DNA from: Candidatus Bipolaricaulota bacterium | GTDB taxonomy: Bacteria; Bipolaricaulota; Bipolaricaulia; UBA7950; UBA9294 | Length of the DNA: 64,000 bases | NCBI GenBank assembly: GCA_030606565.1 | Contig: JAUWGE010000002.1 | Location: 36,107-100,106, forward strand | Direction: 5' to 3' | Shown here: piece by piece, positions 58,477 through 64,000 of the stretch | Position numbering within the stretch: position 1 is the stretch's first letter | How the letters are laid out: each line of letters begins with the position of its first letter | The notes under the pieces: model-generated | The model's input: the letters and a program-made list of their open reading frames with translations, nothing else | What the model was told of the DNA's origin: nothing | Databases searched by the model: none | Translations under genes and position numbers: made by a program

Positions 58477-60426
58477 CTACCAAATGAAGCCAAAACCCAG
58501 GCTGAAGATCTCCCATCCGCGGAAGGAAACCTCGGAACCAACGGTGAGGGTGAAGTTCGAGAAGAGCGAGACGCTGACATTGACGTCGGTCGCCATCCAG
58601 CTAAACAGCTGGTTGAGCTGGCCGACCTCGGTGTAGTTGGCGTCCTGTGTGAACTCACAGTAGTATACGGGTTCCGCCGGATCCAGGAAGCAGCACTCTT
58701 TCTCATAATCTTTAATGCAGATGCAGCCACAGAACTCTGGATCGGCCTCGTACTCCTTCCCGATGTAGTTGTCGATTGTGATCTCGTAGGCGCCGCCGCA
58801 GCAGGCATCCCCAGCGAGCACGATACCGAACGACTCCCAGGCGTAGTACTTGTACTTGGGCGTCTCCCAGTACTCGAGGTGGATCCCATCGTCAGGACCC
58901 GTGAGGTCGCCGTCGCCATCGTCTTCGAACGGCGGACACCAAGCGGCACAGCCAGTCGGAACGAGGAACCGCAGCATCTCATCCGATGAGATCGTCTTTA
59001 AAGCGTTTGTCGGCAGGTCGTAAAGCACGGTCTTGAAGGTAGCCGTTGCGCCGTTGAACTCACAGGTGAGCGAGAAGTCCTTGATGTCGATCCCGGTCAG
59101 CTTGTTCGCGATAGAGTTGTGTGACTCGTCCTCTTTCCAGTTGGCGAGAAGGGTCATGCTGAAACAGGTATCGAGCCCGAAGCTGGGCTGGCCGCACAGC
59201 GCGAACTCCTTCTCATCGGTGGTTAACTTGATCGAGGCCGTGAGGTCGTAGAAGCCGGGGATGAACGGGATGTCCTTCACGAGGAACTGCAGGTACTCAA
59301 AGCCGACAACCGCCGTCGTGAATGTGCAATCCTCATCCCAGGAAGGCAAGTAGATGGGGATTAGCGTCCCATCAGGCATCACATACTCCTTCAACAGCTC
59401 GTCCTCGCACACGCAGGTGAGGGTCTCCGACTCCTCAGGGCAGACAAGCTTCAGGGCCACATCAAGGGTGGTGTTGCAGCAGAAGGGGATTCCCTCTACC
59501 ATGAAGTATTCCTCGATGAAGCCAATGCCACACCCTGCGGCAACGGCGTAGTTGCCCTTCTTGCCAAGCACGGGACAGCCGGAATCGGTATCCGCCTTCT
59601 TATCCGACTCGGTCATGTTGAAGTAGGTGAAGCTGGTGAAGTTCATACCGCCCACGCTGCCGGCGAGATTCAGCCGGAATCCGGCCCCGATCGGAGTCGA
59701 CCCAGGAACGGTGCAGGTGCCAGTCTGAAGCACGTCTACACCAACAGCATGCGTAGAGCCACTCTGCGGCACGTGCGTCCAGTAGATGTTCTCCGGCATC
59801 TCAACCGGGAATAGGTACTCAGTACAGACGTCCCACAAGAAGATGTCTGTTATGGTGGTCGTCCCGGCCCAGGCGTTCATCAGGAACAGGCCTCCAAGCT
59901 GAACTCCGGCGAGGCTAATATCCACAGCCAGCTCAAAGTCCTTAAACGCTGGCCCAGTTACCTCGGCCCAGCGGTCGAGGCTGCACCCTGGGAAAAGCGT
60001 GAGTACGGTGGTCTTGCAACAGGTAGCGGCGAAATTGTTGTAGAGGTACCAGGGCCAGATCTGGGCTGGGTCAATCCCCCCCCACCATCCCTGCGTCTTT
60101 GTTAGGACGGCAGAAGGCAGGAACTCCATCTTGGCAGCGAGGTTAATCGCCCCGAGGCTGCCTGCGGCGCTGAACTCCTGGGCGTTGAAACCGTGCTGGG
60201 CGTCGAAGCTAGACTTGCTTTCAAAGACGAACCCACCCACGGTATAGTCCACTACCAAGTCGGAACTTAAGCCCCATATCTCCCACCATTGGTAGGGACA
60301 TGGGCTTCCCAACTTATAGAGGTCAAAAGTGTATGTAAAGTCCCAACTGCCTGTAAACGTCTGGGCGGATACTAATGCACCACCCGCCAACACCAACATA
60401 CATGCTATTACGAGAGCTTTCTTCAT
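58477..60426 (-). CDS. large Cys-rich secreted protein, candidate outer-membrane beta-barrel/porin-like partner of the upstream SLH protein
   Basis: 649 aa with signal peptide MKKALVIACMLVLAGGALVSA, more than 30 Cys, beta-rich composition and a C-terminal aromatic end ...SLGFGFIW. The SD AGGAGGTAATGATAG precedes the ATG. Confidence 0.6.
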   Translation of the reverse strand: MKKALVIACMLVLAGGALVSAQTFTGSWDFTYTFDLYKLGSPCPYQWWEIWGLSSDLVVDYTVGGFVFESKSSFDAQHGFNAQEFSAAGSLGAINLAAKMEFLPSAVLTKTQGWWGGIDPAQIWPWYLYNNFAATCCKTTVLTLFPGCSLDRWAEVTGPAFKDFELAVDISLAGVQLGGLFLMNAWAGTTTITDIFLWDVCTEYLFPVEMPENIYWTHVPQSGSTHAVGVDVLQTGTCTVPGSTPIGAGFRLNLAGSVGGMNFTSFTYFNMTESDKKADTDSGCPVLGKKGNYAVAAGCGIGFIEEYFMVEGIPFCCNTTLDVALKLVCPEESETLTCVCEDELLKEYVMPDGTLIPIYLPSWDEDCTFTTAVVGFEYLQFLVKDIPFIPGFYDLTASIKLTTDEKEFALCGQPSFGLDTCFSMTLLANWKEDESHNSIANKLTGIDIKDFSLTCEFNGATATFKTVLYDLPTNALKTISSDEMLRFLVPTGCAAWCPPFEDDGDGDLTGPDDGIHLEYWETPKYKYYAWESFGIVLAGDACCGGAYEITIDNYIGKEYEADPEFCGCICIKDYEKECCFLDPAEPVYYCEFTQDANYTEVGQLNQLFSWMATDVNVSVSLFSNFTLTVGSEVSFRGWEIFSLGFGFIW

Positions 60427-60612
60427 TCTATCATTACCTCCTTACATGTACGTACGTACACTCTCTTTTGCTTTTGACAAGAAGCACGCTCTCTCACCAA
60501 GTTTTTTAAGAGTGTAATCACCTCCTTAGTTCTTGTAGGTTCCGCCTCTCCACTAGATCTTGTCCCTACTATAACACACAAAAAGGTCGATGTCAAGTGA
60601 TCGATATCACCT

Positions 60613-61272
60613 TCAAAGGCCGAGTGTTGCCAGTGCTACAGCGATAATCCCTATAAGAAGTGCCGTCAAAGAGATGATGAAGTTGGCGTTTATGCGATTT
60701 AGGAGCTTTCCAGATGGGCCTTGCTCTTCGAGTTGAGCGATCTGTTGCTCGTTACGCGCTACCCGCGCCTCCAATGGGGAGCTACCCCCTCCCACAAGTG
60801 AGTCCATCTGCGCCTGGAGGCTTGAAAGGTTGTCTGAGACCTTGAATATCAGGTCCTTTAGGATATCTAGATCCTGCGGGGTGACTGACTCGGGGTTGTT
60901 TTGAAGGTAGCGGATCGCTCGCGCGATCAGCGCGGCAGCGGAGTAGCGGTCGAGCGGTTGGTCTCCTTGGTAGCTTCCCCCGGGAAGCCCGGTGATGATC
61001 CCACGCTCGACAAGGTATGAAAGATCATCGTAGGCCCAGTGGTCCCGTGGGACATCACTAAACAGTCCACCGGCCTGCGGTGGCTGCGCAGTTCCATTCC
61101 CTGCTCCCCCATCCCCAAAGGCGATGCCACCCAGAAAAAGGGATAGGGTCGCGATCAACAGGATGACAAATAGATTCTTTTTCACCTTGAAAACCCCCTC
61201 TTCTTCACAGAATCGATAAAGCAGTATAGAGCTTGTTTCGCTCTGAGTCAATAACTGGCTTTTAGCCGCCAA
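60613..61272 (-). CDS. SLH-domain / coiled-coil / C-terminal TM anchor protein (Omp-alpha-like)
   Basis: SLH motif FSDVPRDHWAYDDLSYLVERGIITGLPGGSYQGDQPLDRYSAAALIARAIRYL. Coiled-coil segment (LSSLQAQMDSL...EARVARNEQQIAQLEEQ). C-terminal hydrophobic helix IISLTALLIGIIAVALATLGL. Confidence 0.75.
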   Translation of the reverse strand: MAAKSQLLTQSETSSILLYRFCEEEGVFKVKKNLFVILLIATLSLFLGGIAFGDGGAGNGTAQPPQAGGLFSDVPRDHWAYDDLSYLVERGIITGLPGGSYQGDQPLDRYSAAALIARAIRYLQNNPESVTPQDLDILKDLIFKVSDNLSSLQAQMDSLVGGGSSPLEARVARNEQQIAQLEEQGPSGKLLNRINANFIISLTALLIGIIAVALATLGL

Positions 61273-61372
61273 TCAGCTATCAGCAGTCAGCTAAAAGCCA
61301 AACTGCAAAGACCGACAAGCCAACGTATGAAATGTAGGTTGCTTCTTGCCGTAAGCTGAGAGCTGATCACTG
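61270..61372 (+). repeat. degenerate copies of the intergenic repeat family (one inverted, one direct fragment)
   Basis: CAGCTATCAGC...CAAAGACC (61274-61313) is the reverse complement of the GGTCTTTG...GCTGATAGCTG segment of copies A/B. GCTGAGAGCTGATCAC (61355-61370) matches the CTGAGAGCTG segment of copy A. Confidence 0.55.
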
Positions 61373-62149
61373 CTTCACCTTGAAGCTTCGGCGGTGGATC
61401 GATGATGGACCGAGGCGCTTGAGCGCCGCAAGATGAGCAGGCGTCCCGTATCCCTTGTTAGAATCGAGTCCATATCCAGGGTATTGAGCGTTAAGCTTGA
61501 CCATCATCCGGTCACGATAGACCTTGGCGAGGATGGAAGCAGCCGCGATGTGAAGGGAGCGGGAATCCCCTTTGGTGAACGACAGCGCGGGAGGGCGAGA
61601 AATTGAGTGATTGAGAGATTGAGTGATCGGGGGATTGGAAGATTGAGAGATTGAAAGATTGAGTGATTGAGTGATTGAGTGATCGGATGATTGAGAGATT
61701 GGATGGTTGGGAGTTCTAGGTTGTAAATGATTCAATCTCTCACTCGCTAAATCTCTCAATAGTGTGAGCCCGCGGTCGAGCAGGAGGAGGTCGACCGGGT
61801 GTCTCATGGCGCGATAGGCGCGCTGGGCGGCAAGGGTTAGGGCAAGAACGATCCCGACACGATCGATCTCGGACGGTGTAGCGTAGCCGATCCCCCAGTT
61901 AGAGACGGAAGTGATCCGGGGAAAGAGCGCCTCCCGCCTCTTTGAGGAGACCCGCTTGGAATCGTCGATCCCAGCGAGGAAATCAAGAATCGATGTTCCA
62001 CGTCGGGCATGAAGCCCGACGCTACAGGGATTCCTTTCCTCCTCAACGTCGGGCATGAAGCCCGACGCTACAGGAATGTGGACACAGCAGACGACAACCG
62101 GACCGGCAAGGGCCCCACGACCCACCTCATCGAAGCCGGCAATCTCCAT
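61367..62149 (-). CDS. rnhB: ribonuclease HII with internal low-complexity insertions (the ORF is open to 62467)
   Basis: Canonical N-terminus MEIAGFDEVGRGALAGPVVVCCV at 62149, and C-terminal RNase HII region (SKRREALFPRI..., KGDSRSLHIAAASILAKVYRD). An in-frame 8-bp tandem array and an extra insert (VASGFMPDVEEERNPCSVGLHARRG) interrupt the fold. Confidence 0.8.
   Translation of the reverse strand: MEIAGFDEVGRGALAGPVVVCCVHIPVASGFMPDVEEERNPCSVGLHARRGTSILDFLAGIDDSKRVSSKRREALFPRITSVSNWGIGYATPSEIDRVGIVLALTLAAQRAYRAMRHPVDLLLLDRGLTLLRDLASERLNHLQPRTPNHPISQSSDHSITQSLNLSISQSSNPPITQSLNHSISRPPALSFTKGDSRSLHIAAASILAKVYRDRMMVKLNAQYPGYGLDSNKGYGTPAHLAALKRLGPSSIHRRSFKVKQ
61601..61713 (+). repeat. tandem repeat (GATTGAGN)x14 inside the rnhB reading frame
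   Basis: Fourteen consecutive 8-bp units (gattgagt gattgaga gattgagt gatcgggg gattggaa ...). On the minus strand they encode an 8-aa periodic SITQSLNH-like insert. Inverted partial copies (CAATCTCTCACT, AATCTCTCAAT) follow at 61731-61762. Confidence 0.85.
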
Positions 62150-62453
62150 GGTTTTTATTCTTTTCGTTTCACCGCAGAGATCGCGGAGGCCACAGAGGTT
62201 TTTACCTCTATAGGAGTTCTCCGCGTTCTTTGCGTACCTGGGGGGTGTAGTAAATCCCTCTCCGGACACTACACCCCCCGAGACGGTAGAAGCTTTTGAA
62301 AACGGACGTCGGACGTTGGGGACAAGGCCCTCAACGTCGGGCGTAAAGCCCTCAACGTCGGGCACAAGGCCCTCAACTACAGAGGAGCGGATCTGTTCGT
62401 CGAAGGCGTAGAGCTCACGCACGCGTAAAACAGGTGAGGAGGGGTTCTTGCTC

Positions 62454-63341
62454 CTAGTTTTTGCCATGAAGGCTGAAGTAGCCGTTCATCGGCCCAAAGC
62501 GGGGAAGCGGCCACACACGCAGGTACGGCTCGCCGATGAGGTCGTCCTCATCGACAAATCCCCAGAAACGCGAATCCCAGGAGTCCTCCGAGTTATCCCC
62601 GAGGACAAACCACTTACCTTCCGGGACGAGAGTCGGAGTTACCCCGTAGTGCATACGGGGGTCGCTCGAGGTGTAGTGGCGGTCAAAGCGCGGGCCTTTA
62701 AGTTTCTCTTCGTTTAGATAGATGTCCCCGCCCTTGATATATACGGTTTGCCCTCCTACGGCGATCAGCCGCTTTACATACCGTACTTTCTTTTCACGCC
62801 CCAAAATCCCTAAATCGGCAAGCGAATCGATTCCCACTTCTCTTAACCCCAAGTCCAGTTGGCGGCCTTCATACAATGCAAGATAGATGTGCGTTCCCTC
62901 AGGGAGGGAAGCGATAATCTCATCTGCCCCGGCGGCGACCGCTTGCTGGTTTATATAGATGATCCGATCTTTAACATTAAGACCGGCGCGTGCGGCCCGT
63001 GAGCCGTCTTTTACTTCCTTCACCAGAACCGCTTCGGTGTGCCAAAAGACAACGATGTCCCCTGGCTTGGGATCGCGGAAATAGTAGGAGATCTTATCGA
63101 CAAAGAAACTGTCGGCCACAAGTACACTACGGTCGCCATTGATCGTTGGGTACATCGAATCAGTGGGTACGTGCATGCGCACGGTGACAAAGCTGATCAC
63201 AAGAAAAGCAAGGACACCCGCGACAACAAGGACCTCAACCCACTCCAGGATCTCGCTTGATACTCGCCCGGGGTTATAGCCGAAACGGCGAACCAGGCGC
63301 AGGATGAACGCTTGCTTCTTCTCCTTCTTTTTTCTTTTCAT
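62454..63341 (-). CDS. lepB: signal peptidase I
   Basis: 295 aa with TM anchor, catalytic Ser box PTDSMYPTI, and GDNSEDSWDSRFWGFV (box E). Confidence 0.85.
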   Translation of the reverse strand: MKRKKKEKKQAFILRLVRRFGYNPGRVSSEILEWVEVLVVAGVLAFLVISFVTVRMHVPTDSMYPTINGDRSVLVADSFFVDKISYYFRDPKPGDIVVFWHTEAVLVKEVKDGSRAARAGLNVKDRIIYINQQAVAAGADEIIASLPEGTHIYLALYEGRQLDLGLREVGIDSLADLGILGREKKVRYVKRLIAVGGQTVYIKGGDIYLNEEKLKGPRFDRHYTSSDPRMHYGVTPTLVPEGKWFVLGDNSEDSWDSRFWGFVDEDDLIGEPYLRVWPLPRFGPMNGYFSLHGKN

Positions 63342-63665
63342 CTAGTGGATGCGCCGCAGGCGGCGGAGGAAATAGGGTTTCGCCTGGCGGGTACGGTGGG
63401 ATCTCACTAGTTCAATGGCCTCGATCTTGGGGGAGTGGACGGGATAGGTCTTCTCCACCCCGATCCCGGAGGAGACCTTGCGCACGGTCACCATCTCCCG
63501 CGTACCGGCCCCGCTCCGCTTAAGGACGATCCCCTCGAAGATCTGGATCCGCTCCTTTGACCCCTCGGAGACCCGCTCGTGCACCTTGACGATGTCCCCA
63601 GGAGAGAACTCCTCCCTTTTCTCCTTTAGGTATTCTTTTTCCACAGCTTTTAAGATGTCGTCCAT
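63342..63665 (-). CDS. rplS: 50S ribosomal protein L19
   Basis: 107 aa reading FSPGDIVKVHERVSEGSKERIQIFEGIVLKRSGAGTREMVTVRKVSSGIGVEKTYPVHSPKI, the L19 signature. Confidence 0.9.
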   Translation of the reverse strand: MDDILKAVEKEYLKEKREEFSPGDIVKVHERVSEGSKERIQIFEGIVLKRSGAGTREMVTVRKVSSGIGVEKTYPVHSPKIEAIELVRSHRTRQAKPYFLRRLRRIH

Positions 63666-63674
63666 TATCTCCTC

Positions 63675-64000
63675 CTAACGCTCTCCTACCACGCGGTCGA
63701 GGACGATCGCCACTGCCGCCCGCACCGATAGGTGATTGAAGTCACTTTCCACCATGATCGGTGGCAGGATAACGTCGCAGACATCGATCAACTCGTCGGC
63801 CATCCCCCACCCCGTTCCAAACAGGATGTATACCGGCCCTCCCTCATTGCGCAATCTCTCTTTCAACTTAGCACAAGTAATACACTGCTTTCCCTGCCGC
63901 CGCGCCGAGGTAGCGACCAGTAGTGGTGAGCCCCCCTCTGCCTCGCGGATCCAATCTGTTGTCTCCTCCAGATCACCGGCGACAAAGACAAGCTCGAGCG
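63675..64000 (-). CDS. SPOUT (SpoU/TrmH-like) RNA methyltransferase, C-terminal part; gene continues beyond window end
   Basis: The frame is open to 64000. The C-terminus FGTGWGMADELIDVCDVILPPIMVESDFNHLSVRAAVAIVLDRV matches the SpoU pattern G.E..G...E....CD..h.IPM.G...SLNVS.A..I.LYE. Confidence 0.45.
   Translation of the reverse strand, partial: LELVFVAGDLEETTDWIREAEGGSPLLVATSARRQGKQCITCAKLKERLRNEGGPVYILFGTGWGMADELIDVCDVILPPIMVESDFNHLSVRAAVAIVLDRVVGER

Noticed and set aside
58329-58982. 217-aa Ser/Thr/Pro-rich ORF on the minus strand
   Set aside because: It is an alternative frame of the 3' end of the 58477..60426 gene. Its composition is low-complexity as expected for an off-frame, with no start context.
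61601-61713. Possible CRISPR array (short direct repeats)
   Set aside because: The units are 8 bp and contiguous with no spacers, and they lie inside an open reading frame. This is a microsatellite-like tandem repeat, not a CRISPR.

Overview
GC-rich bacterial chromosomal segment of about 64 kb, with roughly 55 protein genes, 5 tRNAs and a large SRP RNA. Most of it is housekeeping genes on long same-strand runs. The first run is holB(3' end)-ricT, then hflX-murA-M23 peptidase-rho-CaCA-rpiB-GT2-dinG-CBS-pfkB-miaB, then clpP-tig-M50-rqcH. The second run is the thpR-archease-rtcB RNA-repair operon, then dnaE-ftsB-eno, a DppABC-like ABC transporter, alaS, dnaN, tmk-lspA, prfA, uvrB-uvrA, and rnhB-lepB-rplS. 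The lineage is a diderm with an SLH-anchored outer membrane. An SLH/coiled-coil Omp-alpha-like gene is present and an LptF/G permease is fused to an LptD-like domain. Two regions look accessory. The first is a small low-GC islet between tRNA-Thr and tRNA-Ser carrying an orphan ribbon-helix-helix gene. The second is a ~10.7 kb envelope/secretion island between uvrA and rnhB (51.7-62.5 kb). That island holds secreted beta-helix, PKD and Cys-rich proteins and the SLH protein. It also holds a family of at least three related ~100-130 bp intergenic repeats, two of them followed by polypyrimidine tracts, that partition short cassette-like modules of small genes. One module is a retropepsin-like aspartic protease with a small partner gene; another is a string of start/stop-overlapping small ORFs with an in-frame TGA. 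Further repeat copies lie upstream of rnhB. The rnhB ORF itself carries an in-frame 8-bp tandem array and hairpin-forming direct repeats. Two island genes appear frameshifted. All calls rest on reading the translated ORFs and sequence motifs by eye. No database search was run.
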